A DNA stretch of 64,000 nt from Octopus sinensis (lineage: Eukaryota). Position numbers and translations under genes: made by a program. The notes under the pieces are model-generated. The model did no database searches. It was not told the DNA's origin and was given only the letters and a program-made list of their open reading frames with translations. How positions within the stretch are numbered: position 1 is the first letter of the stretch; each line of letters begins with the position of its first letter. Below are positions 23,701-37,810 of this stretch, piece after piece. The stretch is from assembly GCF_006345805.1 (NCBI RefSeq), contig NC_043001.1, forward strand, positions 83,266,001 to 83,330,000, given 5' to 3'.

Positions 23701-24207
23701 CACATACACACCAGTTTCTCTCAACCCTTCTCGAATGCTTTTGTTTCGTCTTCTCAACTCTGAATAAGAAAGAAATCAAAACCGTTCTTTCATTGCTAAC
23801 CCTCCCGCTCTTTCTCTCGCACTCTCCCTCCCCCACTCTCCAACCCCTCTCCCTCTTTCACTCCCTCTCTCTCTCTCTCGTTTTACAGGTAATATCTACC
23901 TGCCCTTCTGGGTTGTTTGACACCTGTATAAAACCAAACATAATAAGTATAAATGATTTTTTAACACACGCCAGGTTGGCCACAGATTTCGTGAAAGCAG
24001 GAGGTGGGGATAGTGTAAAATACCTTTTCACCTTCTCCCCTTTATCTCCCTTCCGTCCCCCTTTCTCTCTGTGTGCCCCTCCCTTCAAACCTACCTTTTA
24101 CTTTCATCATCTCTTTTCTCGGTACTTTTCTTTGTCTGTTTTACCCACCCCATATTTGGTGGGTATATTTACCTGTATTAACCCCTACACACACACACAC
24201 ACTCACA

Positions 24208-24240
<33 letters not shown>

Positions 24241-24424
24241 CCACCTCAACATTGAACCCCTATCTATACTCAAGCCCTCTAAATATTTCTCAGCGCCAAA
24301 CAATAGATGTGAAGAAGAAGGTTCTGCTTGCTATTACAACAATTATTTTATTCCCAACTAACGCACGTATACACACACAAACACACACAGGTTGAAAGAA
24401 AAGAGAAACAAAGGTTGAGCACCA

Positions 24425-24505
<81 letters not shown>

Positions 24506-24584
24506 GATGTAAGCTTATTAATTTTATAATCACAGTCAATATATTCATACATCTACTGATAGAGAATATATATATATATCTGTG

Positions 24585-24789
24585 TTTTATTGTTTTAATC
24601 ATTTGACTGCGGCCATGCAGAAGCACTGCCTTTACGGTTTTTCAGTCAAAGAACTCGACCCTAGGATTTCGTAAGCCTAGAACTTATTCTACCGGCCTCT
24701 TTTGCCGAACCGCTAATTTATGGGAACATAGACACCCTAGCATCGGTTGTCAAGCGATGGTACGGGAGACAAACACAGATACACATAAC

Positions 24790-24847
<58 letters not shown>

Positions 24848-25010
24848 CGGGCTTTCTTCAGTTTCCGTCCACCAAATCGGTTCACAAGACTTTGGTCGGC
24901 CTGAGGCTATAGTAGAAGACACTTTGTCGAAGGTACCACGCAGTGGGACTGAACTGAGAATCATGTGATTGAGAAGCAAGCTTCTTACCACACAGCTGCG
25001 TCTGCACCTG
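24585..25010 (-). mobile_element. SINE family B
   Basis: Same family with internal (TA)n. Confidence 0.85.
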
Positions 25011-25494
25011 TGTTTATATATATTTTCTCACATACACAGAAACAAAGGCTGAGAAATATGAAAAATTTTATAGCTACAATACATAAACACACGCACACTC
25101 ATACATATTCCGAACTTTCATCCGCGTGTGTGTTTGTGTGTGTGTTTTGTGAAAGGCTTGTACAACAATTAGGGAAAAGGACCACAAATAGACATGGACA
25201 AACCCATTTCGTCCGCTTTTTTGTTATCTAGAGTCATTGCAGTTTTAGCACTAGATGTATATGTATCTAGCACTAAATATATGTGCTAGATATATATGTA
25301 TCTAGCACATATACGTATATGTGCGTTTAGGTTTGTACGGGAATAGATAGATAAATAGATAGAGAGATGTTGGCAGCTGATTGTTTCCTAAATTGTTACT
25401 CCGAGTTCCTGATCATCGGTAGATCGATAAATGACTACTTTTATTGAGTTCCCTCTTTTCCGTCATCATACAGTTTCGTTCATATCCTCATCCG

Positions 25495-25712
25495 TGGACA
25501 TGTTTAGTTTACTGCTGGACAAATGGCTCGGTATGTTCTCTCCAGCAACCACGATCTGTTGATTTCCTCATCCATGTTTGGGTGCCCATGAAATTAACAT
25601 ACTTTTCATTCCAACTTATGCATGATCTCTCCCTCTTTTTCTTTTCTGAACGTGGTGTTCACTCTGTCAATTTGGTATTCCATCTTTTGTCCTTTCTTCT
25701 AAACACGTCTTG
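25495..25712 (-). mobile_element. RTE-clade LINE ORF C-terminal fragment
   Basis: Translates to RRKDKRWNTKLTE*TPRSEKKKRERSCISWNEKYVNFMGTQTWMRKSTDRGCWREHTEPFVQQ, like the RTE C-terminus (RRxDxRW..EWxPR..W...DR..W...EAFVxQW). Confidence 0.75.
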
Positions 25713-28700
25713 CGAAAGAAATGATCTGAAATGGACTTTCGTTCGTTCATGAATACATATATATATACATACATACATAGATTCATTCATTCATTCATCC
25801 ATTTGTTGTTAGCTACCGAAGCAGCTTTGATTCAACATAGCATTCTCTATATCTTATTTAACGTGCATATACTGGATATAATACGTAAAGCCACAAAGCT
25901 GCAATATTCGTCTTGAGAAAGCTTCTCCTATAGACGTATAGTGCTAAAAACCGCTGAAGTGCATCAGCAGCAGACGAAAAGCGTCCAACAGTGGTGGTGA
26001 AATTGTTAAATCCGGATTTCTGTGCTGTTAGACGCCATCAGTAGCAAGCATCTACCAGCAACCACAGGCTTAAACAAATTTAGCTTCTAGTGATAGAAGT
26101 GATTAACAAGCCACTGCTATCACAAGTGGCTAGTGGGTAGGGTGAAAATTCGTCATTAGCAACGGAATCAATACTGGTTCAGAATAGCATTTTGTATATC
26201 GTCTTTCGATTCGATATCTATAGAGAAAAGCAAATGTAGCCAGGAAGGAAATTTCAGAACGGAGCAAAGTTGAAGACAAGGTATTTAGTAGGATTCTTGG
26301 TAGTGAGGCCCAGTTGATGACCACAACTAACACCACATACAAGTGGTGGTGGTGGTGATGGGAGTAGTAGTAGTAGTAGTAGCAGTGATGGAGATGGTGT
26401 TTGTAGTAGAAGTAAAAGTGGTAGTAGTAGTAATCGCTATGGGGATGGTGTTTGTAGTAGTATTGGTCGTGGCGGTAGTTGGTGCTAATAATAGTAGAGC
26501 TAGGAGCATTAGTAGTGATGGTGATAAGAATACATAAGCCAACACGTCTCTTCTTGATCAAGACGATATGATGTAATGTCAAGGTGATTTGGCTGCTATC
26601 TCTTGCATATTGGAAAGCTTTAACATTTTTGTGTATGTAGTTGTTTTCTCCTATTAGTCCACATGCTTAAGGATGTCCCTCAGGAACTCTAGGTTACATG
26701 CATTTTTTTCTTGAGAAGATAAGCCTTTTGAAGACGTGGTACATGCCAAAATATGACGATTCGTGTACCAGTGTCCTTCTCGATGTTGATGTTAATGTGT
26801 CCAATAATTGAAGTGCCAAGCCCTCGACATGTTGATGGTAGCTCATATCAATCGTTGTAATTTCTTTTCAGGCAAGAAACATTTTACTAAGAAAAAAAGA
26901 AAAGAGAGAAAGAGAGAATTTAACCAACATGGCTTCTCTTCTCATTAAAAAAAAATGACTCTCCTAGTAAACGTTATTAATATTAGTAGTATCACTCTAG
27001 AATGCAGTTGAATAATTGAATTTAAAAAAATAATAAAGCATGCTATTAAAATAATTTTATGAGCTTTAATCAGCCTCTCCTAATCAAAAAATAATAAACC
27101 AGCGCATAGAAAATAAATTTTAATTATAGGACTCCTGGCAACCATCCTTTTCATTTATGTGTGCATTAATTAATTGGGTAGCATTTGGCAGAATCGGGAG
27201 AGTGACGGATAGAAAAATTACTAGCGGAGTTCAAATCCCAACGAGGTCGAATTTGATTTTAAATGACTGCACGACATTCTGGCCTTGTAACAAGGTTATA
27301 AATAATTAATTCATTAATTGCTCAATTAAATAACGGACAATTCTCGAATCTAGTGACAATGAGGAGAATGTCTTTTCTTTATTGCTATTCGATTCGATCC
27401 TCTGGCATATAATTTGGTTTACTAATTGAAGCGCTAATGGCTAATTCATTTTGGAATATTTATTATTATTGGAATAATTATTATTATATATATGAGCGTG
27501 TACTTATTTAAAATACGTATAATCTATGTATATTATATGTCTAATGGTATAAACTGGAGAAACAAAACTACCTAATTCTTTGCTGTTTTGCTATTAAGCT
27601 ATATATGTGACTCTGGAGTCGAAAGTTTCGTATGCTGCACTTGACAAAATGTAATAAGTGCAATCCACGAAACAACTGCACTTTGAGTTACTTAATGAAG
27701 CTCTTCTACTGAAAAATAAAATGAATATAAAGTGAAGGTCTGTGGTGTTGTGGTTAGGGTGTTCGGTTAATGATCATAATGCAGGTTCAATTCCTGGACC
27801 GGTCAGCATGTTGGGTCATTTCACGCCACTCCGCTTTGCACAGCCGAAAATGAACACCAATCAAGTGTTAGTATCTCTCTCTCCCTCCCCACTCTCTCTC
27901 GTAGCTGGATATACTTCTGACTAGAAGGGCGGGAGAATCGAGCTAGTGCCTCTGTCTACTCATGACTACAGTGGTACCTAAACAATTTGCGAAAGCATGG
28001 GACATGTTATCAATATCGCAGGTGACTGCTGGCTCTAACACGATATTTAGATATGTGTGTGTGTGTGTGTACGTACGCACGCGAAGAGATATGTAATAAA
28101 GTGATTGGTGTTAATAATACAAAGGTACAACCATCAAAAGTTGTATTATTGAGTAAAATCAACAAAAACAGTACAGTGAACTTGCCTATGATTTTTACAG
28201 ATCCTACGAGATTTGTAAAAGAAAAAAGAAAAGTGAGAGGAAAATTCTCGAAACCGGAGGGATTTCTTGACTGCTTCTAACAAAGTGGATCTCGCTAAAT
28301 GCACTGAGGGGCCAGATAATGATGTTAAACCGAGCGACGGATTAAGTTTATCTCTGAAGTAAGACTCGGCGAGATTTGAGCGTAACGAATCCGACCATAT
28401 ACTTTCGATGCTCTAACGGTCATGCTATTACACCACCTAAAGTGATACTTTATTTACCCACGAAAGAATAAAAGGATAACGTTGACCTCAACAGGGTTTG
28501 AACACTGGTTGTAAAGAGCCAGATTGAATACAGCAACGCATTTTGTCCGATATTCAGTTCATTCTGCTAGTTTGACACCCATTAACCAATTCACTGTCAA
28601 AACATTTTGTATTAACAACACCACTTTAATTTATTTCAATTTGTATTTTTTAAAAGCTTTTTCGTTTTCTTTCACATTCTCCAATAATTCAATTACATTT

Positions 28701-30397
28701 AGGTTGGGACAAAAACATTCTTATACCCATTGCAAATCTACGCTTTCTCCACACAATCGTTCGAACGAAATACTTGCAGTGGTAACCGTGGAGGAGCATA
28801 TTGCAGTGGGCAACAAAGATCATGGGAACAACGTAAACTTGTATAACAAATCGTCAACGGTAGACTTTAAATTTTTATCGGCTGCAAAGTGACCTCGGTA
28901 GTTTATTTCACATATACAGCTTCTTTGTTATTTTGTGGCATATATTGCTGCGAACAACGTCTCCATTGTTACTCCTCAGGTCCTTTCGCTTTTGCGTTTT
29001 TCTTTTTGTTTTCGTGCGGGATTCTATGCTGGATTTGCTCTCAACAAATATATTTTATCTGCTTCTGTTTCGTTTACTGCATTATAATGTGCTGAAATGG
29101 ACAATGTTATAATGCAGCGTGCAACATCTGAAAAGCTCCGATGATATGATATTAGAAAATGTTTGCACCTCTTAAAATTTCCTCTCAAAGCTAAGATCTT
29201 TTATGTGTTATTCACACACATAGACACGAGTAAGCACATAAATGCAAAACAAGGTGGAAAAACTAGTACCCGAGTACTGAATGTAGTGTAATATGCCTTT
29301 TTATTAAAGCTGCAAAAACATCACAAAAAACTGTTACTCGGTGTTTCGCGTTCCCGTTCGTCGGACATTTGTGACCAAGTCTTCAGCATAAATGTGGAGA
29401 AATAAAGTGGAGAAAATAGTACTCGAATACCTAACATAGAGTAAAAATAATCACGACCATCAAACAAGCCATTACATGAAACATTGAGTACTTACTTTAA
29501 TAATGTATTTGTTGCACCACCAACTTACAAGTTATTTATGCACACACTTCGCACATTAAAAGCATAGAAATAATGTACTTACATTCTAAATATTTCTTGC
29601 ACATATAAGCTCTCTATTATCATAACTACTAAGTCATTCTAATTCCGGTTGCATAGCATACAATATATATATCGTTAATGAATAACGAGCCATCCAAAGG
29701 CAAAATCGGGAAATTAAGCTACCCACTACAGTGATAGACCGCTTTATATTATAGCTGAATAATCTTTGGTACTGGCTGGGGATGGAATCTGGGAACGTCT
29801 TCAACTGCATGGTTTTGGGTTCAGTCCCACTGCAGAGCATGTTGGGCAACTGTCTTTTGCTATAGGGCCAGGCTAAGCAATTCCAATGAGCGAATTTGGT
29901 AGACGGAAAATGTATGGAAGCTTGTGAAGTATATGTGTGTGTGTGTTTGTCCCCCGCTATTTGCCACAACCGGCGTTGGTGTACCGAGATAGTGAAGATG
30001 CCGACGACCGCTCGGTTCTAAGTCTCCCTTGACCACATATGGCCTGAACTCTTTGCATGAACACCACCCTGTACATAACTCCATGTCCTCCTACATGGCC
30101 TTGCTTTTTGCTTTTTGAGCCAAAAAATTAACTTAACTTAGCGCTTCAAATTAGAGAAACGATGACAATATGTGCCAGACTTTAAAATAAATGCTGGATT
30201 CGATTTGTTCGACAAAACCCTTCAAGTTGATGCTCCAGCATGGCTTCGGCCCAGCGACTGAAACTAGTAAATGAAGGATGGTGTACATATCTATCATTCT
30301 TTTTACGAAAAGTGGGTGACAGCAACTTCGAAGTTTCGGCTTGCTGGCCTTCGAATTGTCTGACGAAAACTAGCAGGCCGAAACTACCACACACACA

Positions 30398-30452
<55 letters not shown>

Positions 30453-30806
30453 CTAGCAGTATCGCCCGGCGTTGCTCGGGTTTGTAAGGGAAAAAACTAT
30501 AAAGCATTTTTAGAGAGTTATAGCCAAAAAATGGGAAAAAAATGATGGTAAATTTTTTTTGAGAGTTAAAAGGGTCGAGTTGCGTCCCCTAGACAGTCTG
30601 TGGTTTGTGTTTCTGATTCTCGACCACATGTCGAATTTATCGATTTTTTTCAGAACTGGGGAAACTTTTCAAAATTTTCGCTGCGTTAGTTTTGAATTAT
30701 GACATTGGGCTATGAGTGTGTCAAGTTTCATCAGAATCGGTTGAAAGCCGTGGTCAGGGTGAGGGTACAACCTGACACACACACACACACACACAGACAA
30801 ACTGCC

Positions 30807-30815
<9 letters not shown>
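30453..30815 (-). mobile_element. Non-autonomous Helitron
   Basis: Minus-strand 3' end has hairpin cccgagcaacgccggg (30465-30480), then CTAG (30453-30456) followed by T; 5' part has tataaa-cggcagtttgtctg(TG)n and ccgattctgatgaaacttg. Confidence 0.8.
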
Positions 30816-30854
<39 letters not shown>

Positions 30855-30861
<7 letters not shown>

Positions 30862-31263
30862 ATATATATGAAATAAAAACAAATTCTTGTACATTTTGTA
30901 GAGTTCACTAAGCTTGACTTCTACTCAGAACTTCCAAACCAAAATGTAGAAATTTTACATAGGAACGGAGTGAAAAATTTTAGCTTCAAATGAAATTTTG
31001 ATACGATTTTACAATCTCATATTCTTGCCAGTCCAGACTCGTGTTTCCGGTACATTTGCGAAGAATTCTTCAATTACTTCTCACTCTTTGATGAGAAATC
31101 TTTAATATTTGAACATTTTTTTGAGATCTCTAAGTCTATAAATAATCAGTGAAAAGAAATGTGTTATAAGCATTTTCTGTTCTGTATGAAAAGTGGCCTG
31201 TGAAATGTGGGCTGCTAATATAGTGATAATGCTGTGTACTTCTCACGGGTAATTAATCATTAA

Positions 31264-31340
<77 letters not shown>

Positions 31341-31590
31341 CGCGCTTTAGATCGATTAGGAATATGTATATAAATGCTTATATGTATGCATATATATATA
31401 CTCACACACACATATATATGCATATCTACATAAATGTATATATACATATATGCATATCTCTCTCTATATATATGTATTTATATGAACATATGCATATATA
31501 TATATATACACACACACATACACTAATCACACAGGTATGTAATATATGTAAAAATATGCTAACATTGTCATATGTGTGCGTTTATATATA

Positions 31591-31654
<64 letters not shown>

Positions 31655-32071
31655 TATATATAAAATGTATATATATGAAATAAAAACAAATTCTTGTACA
31701 TTTTGTAGAGTTCACTAAGCTTGACTTCTACTCAGAACTTCCAAACCAAAATGTAGAAATTTTACATAGGAACGGAGTGAAAAATTTTAGCTTCAAATGA
31801 AATTTTGATACGATTTTACAATCTCATATTCTTGCCAGTCCAGACTCGTGTTTCCGGTACATTTGCGAAGAATTCTTCAATTACTTCTCACTCTTTGATG
31901 AGAAATCTTTATATTTGAACATTTTTTTGAGATCTCTAAGTCTATAAATAATCAGTGAAAAGAAATGTGTTATAAGCATTTTCTGTTCTGTATGAAAAGT
32001 GGCCTGTGAAATGTGGGCTGCTAATATAGTGATAATGCTGTGTACTTCTCACGGGTAATTAATCATTAAAG

Positions 32072-32144
<73 letters not shown>

Positions 32145-32392
32145 CACCGCGCTTTAGATCGATTAGGAATATGTATATGTGTATAAATGCTTATATGTAT
32201 GCATATATATACACTCACACACACATATATATGCATATCTACATAAATGTATATATACATATATGCATATCTCTCTCTATATATATGTATTTATATGAAC
32301 ATATGCATATATATATATATACACACACACATACACTAATCACACAGGTATGTAATATATGTAAAAATATGCTAACATTGTCATATGTGTGC

Positions 32393-32400
<8 letters not shown>
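30855..32400 (+). repeat. ~807-bp near-identical tandem duplication bounded by (TA)n
   Basis: Copy 1 ~30855-31590 and copy 2 ~31662-32400; they differ mainly by a 1-nt indel and in microsatellite tracts. Confidence 0.95.
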
Positions 32401-32442
<42 letters not shown>

Positions 32443-32449
32443 TCACAAA

Positions 32450-32483
<34 letters not shown>

Positions 32484-33618
32484 CACACTCACAAATATAT
32501 GTGTGTATGTGTAAAAATAGTTATGTAACATTATATATATATCGATATTTATATATGCAGATATATACATTATGCATACACACATACATAAACAGACTTA
32601 TGTGATTTTTATCACTATTAAGCACCCATATCATTGATGTACACTAGTGTTTTATATTTTTGAATTTATATTTTGCTTTAATATTTTCTACCATCACCCG
32701 TGCATCTATCATGATTGCTTTAGAATTGGAGATTGCCAACATATATATACATACATGCTTCTACATATTTAGTAATAAGAATGTGTGTGTTTGTGTATCT
32801 GGGTGATTACGTGTGTATATGTTTGCTGTGTGTGAGTTGACATATGTATTGATACTTGATTCCTAACTACATGGTTCCGGGTTCAGTCTCACTGAGTGTC
32901 ACCTTGGGCATGTGTCTTCTACTATAGCTTCGGGCTGATCAAAAACTTTGTGAGTGAATTTGGTAGACGGTCAATAAAAGAAGCCCGTCGTGTGTGTGTG
33001 CGTGTGTGTGCGTATCTGTGTGTGTATGTGTATAAATGTATGTGTGTATATATGTATGTTTATGTGTATATATACTTGTGTGTATGTATGTCTGTGAATG
33101 TGTGTATATATACTAGTGTGTGTGTATGTGTCTGTGCGAATGTTTGTGTATATATACATGTGTGTGTATATATATTTTTTACTGTTTATATGTTTGTACT
33201 GTCGTTACCGTCTTGCTTTTTTTTACCCCTCTGCGAAAAGATCTCAGAATTTTAATTGATTTGCTTTTCGCGGGAAGGAAGTTTTCTTCGAAGTATACGT
33301 CTCGCTTTTATCCTTCGAAACGTTTAGTAGATGAAACCTTAGCGACTGAAGAAGGGGATTTTTCGTTGTGCTTATTGTCCTGTATCTCTCTTTTTTTTGC
33401 TTGTCTTGTTCCTTGGTTTGTGTCTATGTGTTTCGTCTCTCTATGTGTTCGACGTCTTTTTGGTGTCCTGTACACATATATGCGTGTATATGTACATGTA
33501 GAGGTAGGTACGTACATATATGTTTATATATATGCATATGTTCTATTTTATTAACATATATATATATATATATGTTTGTGTATATATGTGTGTGTATATA
33601 AATGTATGTGGCTGTATG

Positions 33619-33658
<40 letters not shown>

Positions 33659-35397
33659 AATGTATGTGCATATATGTATATGTGTATATATATATATATA
33701 TGTGTGTGTGTATATAAATGTATGTGGCTGTATGTATATATATATATATATGTATGTATATAAATGTATGTACATGCATGTATATATATATGTGTGTGTG
33801 TATGTATATATACGCGTGTGTGTGTGTATATATATATATACATGCGTGTGTGTGTGTGTATATGTCTGTATGTACGTGTGTGTTTGTCACCTACCATCGT
33901 TTGAAAACCGGTGATATATGTACGTACTTAAAACGCTACTACGATAAATAACTGTTTGTATAACATCTATAATGTATAATCTAACACACTGCTGCTCTAG
34001 ATGTTAAAGTGTCTGGTCTTTGAGAAAAACTTTCTGAAATGACTTTGCGTTTTAAGCAGAGCTTGTTCATTATGTCATAAGCTGATTGCCAGACACCGTT
34101 GTTTTGACTTGATATTACATTGTAAGAGCCGAATCTCTTTAGATGAAAACTTAGTTCCGATATAGAAAGCAGCAAAGAAGACGTGGACTGATTTCTGCGA
34201 AAACCAGCTTGGCTAAACTATGGGCTATTTTATGTGCGTATGTTGATTTAAGTTTAATCTGGTCAGCTTTTGCATTAATCAGTAAATTTCTTGCTTGTTG
34301 ATTTCTATACGAAGATTTCATCTAAGTCTGTGTGTCCAGGAGTATTCACGTTTGAGATATAATCAAAACGAAACACTGGTGTCTGGTGATCTACCGGCAG
34401 CATTCTGAGTGAGCTCTTCTGTGTTTTTAACGCATGAAATCTTTTAACCCCATGACGATAGGTTTTTATCAGGCAATCAGGTTGCACTGACGGCAATCAT
34501 CTCGGCTGAGATTAGTATTTAGCTCACGACAACGGTTCGGCGTATATTTATGTCGACGGCTTCAAAACATGCACCGTTTATTTATGTAAACTGTCATCAC
34601 TGTGAGGACCGTAAATTCAACGAAACTGGCGTAGCTGGATGCGACTATAATTCCGTGAAGGACCAGAAGAATTTGCTGAATGTGTACGAATTTGATGGGA
34701 AGTCATAGTCAAAATAGCGGTGTAACTGCCAAAACTGCTGCTTTTATACTATTATGGTGATTGAGTTGGAAATATTTACATGAAGAATAGTCTAACAAAC
34801 CTATCAGATTCCTTGAAATTTGAGAGGTGCAAGTGTGGCCGTGTGGTAAGAAGTATGCTTCCTAACCATATGGTTCCGGGTTCAGTCTCACTGCGTGGCA
34901 TCTTGGCCAAGTGTCTTCTACTATGGCTTCGGGCCGACCAAAGCCTTGAGAGTGGGTTTGGTAGACGGAAGCTGAAATATGTATATATTTATGTGTGTAT
35001 ATGTCCATAATTTTTTGGAAAGGTGTGTAGTCGACTGCATCAATCAATGTCTTACTAGTTTTTATTTTGACGTCCGCAAAGGAATACAAGTATAGACGCC
35101 CGCGGATTCGTACGATTTGAACTCGGATCAGGGAATGCGTCTAGAAACACTCTAGGTCATTTTCTTCGACGCTGTACCTATTCTGCTAATCCACTGGCCT
35201 CAGAGTTTACTATAACAATAAAAGAATAATGAATCAACAATATGATTTTTTTTGTGGAGTGTAGTAAGGAGCCAAGCCATCTTTTATTTCGGTTATATTC
35301 AGGGGCAAGTCAATTTGGCGTTTCACACCTTTTCTTTCAGCTAAACTGCCGACCTCAGTCAAATGGCCGAAACAAGTAAAAGAATAAAAGAATATTG

Positions 35398-35625
35398 CTT
35401 GGCCACAAAATGAGGAAAGATTCCAACAACGACTCTTTGACAGTTATGAGAGGGGTCCCTGAAAGAAGAAAAGAAGCGCTGAAGATACAAGAACACGTGA
35501 AGAACTGCTGAAAAAAGAGAGTTAGACCGGTGGCTGGGGGAACGTCGAACCAGGTGTAAACCACAGCTATTGAGAGGAAACTATGGAGAGTGTATGTGGA
35601 AACCTGAAGTGTCACCTGGGAAGGA
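35398..35625 (+). mobile_element. RTE-clade LINE ORF C-terminal fragment
   Basis: LGHKMRKDSNNDSLTVMRGVPERRK...TTAIERKLWRVYVET resembles the RTE GHxLRK...W.PEGKR...DR..WR..VEAL terminus; stops and frameshifts present. Confidence 0.65.
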
Positions 35626-36332
35626 AATGAAAAGAACAATAACGAGCTATTGTCTACCAACCTATAATGTGGAATTATTTCACAGTCGGGTGAACGGGAT
35701 CATCTGGAAGTTAAATGAGCCACAGATGCACAGCTGTGTCGGGGACGAAATACGAACCTGCGACCTCTTGCGTGGTTGTTTGGTTGTCTCTCCATCTGGT
35801 CATCGCTGTTTTTCATATGTGAATGAATACAAAAACTGATAGATTGACAAACAAATCGTATATTACTTTATGTACATACAACGCTTTCTGATTCATTGCA
35901 TTAACGATTTCAAACCGGATCTCTTGGCAAAATACACAAGAAAAGATTATCAAATATTTCAGTATGCCAGCTTGGAACATGAATGTTTAAATGATGGTCA
36001 GCCAAACTAGAAAAATGCTAAAGAAAAACAACGAAAAACAATTGGTCATCTGGCTGGTTGGCAAAGATTCAGTTATTAACATATTCACTAACAAAACACA
36101 GATGACCTATTTCCAATATTCACTCCCTCACCCTCAACACACACACATGAACACGCGAGCGCACGCACACAGTGACATCTGGTCTTCAAAGTTAGCCATC
36201 TGTGTACCATTTCCACCTAGGCTCATCGAATACGTCTCCTCTCTTCTCGCTGCCACTCTTTCAAATTTCTCAGATCTCATATACGGAGACATCAGTCAAT
36301 GTTCCTCCTCAGAATAATAATTGTTTCAAATA

Positions 36333-36702
36333 AGGCGGTGAGCTGACAGAAACGTTAGCACGCCGGGAGAAATGCATAGCCGTATTTCGTCTGCCGCTAC
36401 GTTCTGAGTTCAAATTTCGCCGAGGTCGACTTTGCCTTTCATCCTTTCGGGGTCGATAAATTAAGTACCAGTTGTACACTGTCTGTCCTTGTTTGTCCCC
36501 TCTGTGTTCAGCCCCTTGTGGGTAGTAAAGAAATAGGTATTTCGTCTGCCGTTACGTTCTGAGTTCAAATTACGCCGAAATCGACTTTGCCTTTCATCCT
36601 TTCAGGCTCGATAAATTAAGTACCAGTTGCATACTGGAGTCGATCTAATCGACTGCTCCCCCCTCCCCAAAACTTTCGGGCCTTGTGCCTAAAGTAGAAA
36701 AG
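36333..36702 (+). mobile_element. SINE family A partial dimer with 16-bp TSD
   Basis: TSD aataattgtttcaaat at 36316-36331 and 36703-36718. Confidence 0.9.
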
Positions 36703-36704
36703 AA

Positions 36705-37810
36705 TAATTGTTTCAAATTTTGGCACAAGGCTGGCAGGTTTGAAGAGAGTAGACAAGTTGGTAACATCAATCTCACTACTTAAGTAGCACTCTGTTTTAT
36801 CGACAGTGAAAGGATTAATGCAAATTTGACCTTGGTGGGATTTGAACACAGAACGTAAAGCCGGAAGAAAAGGCGGTTAAGCATTTTATCTGAAATGCCA
36901 ACGATTCAGTCAGCTTCCTCTCCAGAATAACAATAATTTTTCTAATAAAAATACAAGGCTTGAAATTTGGAGCAGGGGACAAGTCGATTTACTTGGTTTT
37001 TATTTTGTCGACCCCGAAAGGAATAAAACGAAAGTGACATCGACAGAATTTGAACTCAGAACGTAATGAACTGGAAGAAATACTACGAAGCATTTTATCC
37101 GGCATGCTAACGATTCTGCTAGCTTGCTGCTTTATTTTTTACTATAGGGACAAGACCTGAATTTGTGAAGGAGTAAATCAATTACATCGACCCCAGTGCT
37201 CAACTGGTACTTGTTTTATCAACCTCGAATCGATGAAAGGTGAAGTTGACCCCGGCAGAATTTGATCTCAACATAATGAGCCGAAAGATATAACAGCAAA
37301 GTCGACCTCGGTGGAATTTGAACTCAGAACGTAAAGACGGACGAAATGCCGCTAAGCCTTTTACCCCGGCGTACTAACATTCAGTCAGCTCACCGCTTGA
37401 TAATAATCCTTTCTACTATAGGCACAAGTCCTGAAATTTTGGGGCGGGGGATAGTCGATTACATCGACCCCAATGCTCAACTGGTACTTATTTTGTCGGC
37501 TCCGAAAAGGTGAAAGATGAAGTCGACCCTTGCGGAATTTGAACTCAGAACATAAAGACAGCCGAAATACTTATTTCTTTACTACCCACAAGGGGCTAAA
37601 AACAGAGAGGACAAACAAGGACAGGCAAACAGATTAAGTCGGATTATATCGACCCCAGTGCGTAACAGGTACTTACTTAATCGACCCCGAAAAGATGAAA
37701 GTTAAAGTCGATCCTGGCGGAATTTGAACTCAGAACATAAAGACAGCCGAAATACCGCTAAGCAATTCACCCAGCGTGTTAACGATTCTGACAGCTCGTC
37801 GCCGCATCGC
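36705..37810 (-). mobile_element. Head-to-tail array of about 6 SINE family A copies of varied age
   Basis: Recurrent gaatttgaactcagaac / gctaacgattc / ggcacaagg units. Confidence 0.85.

Noticed and set aside
26620-26870. Possible R4/Dong-type LINE 3' end (LQKAYLL)
   Set aside because: Only a short motif matches; too degenerate to call.
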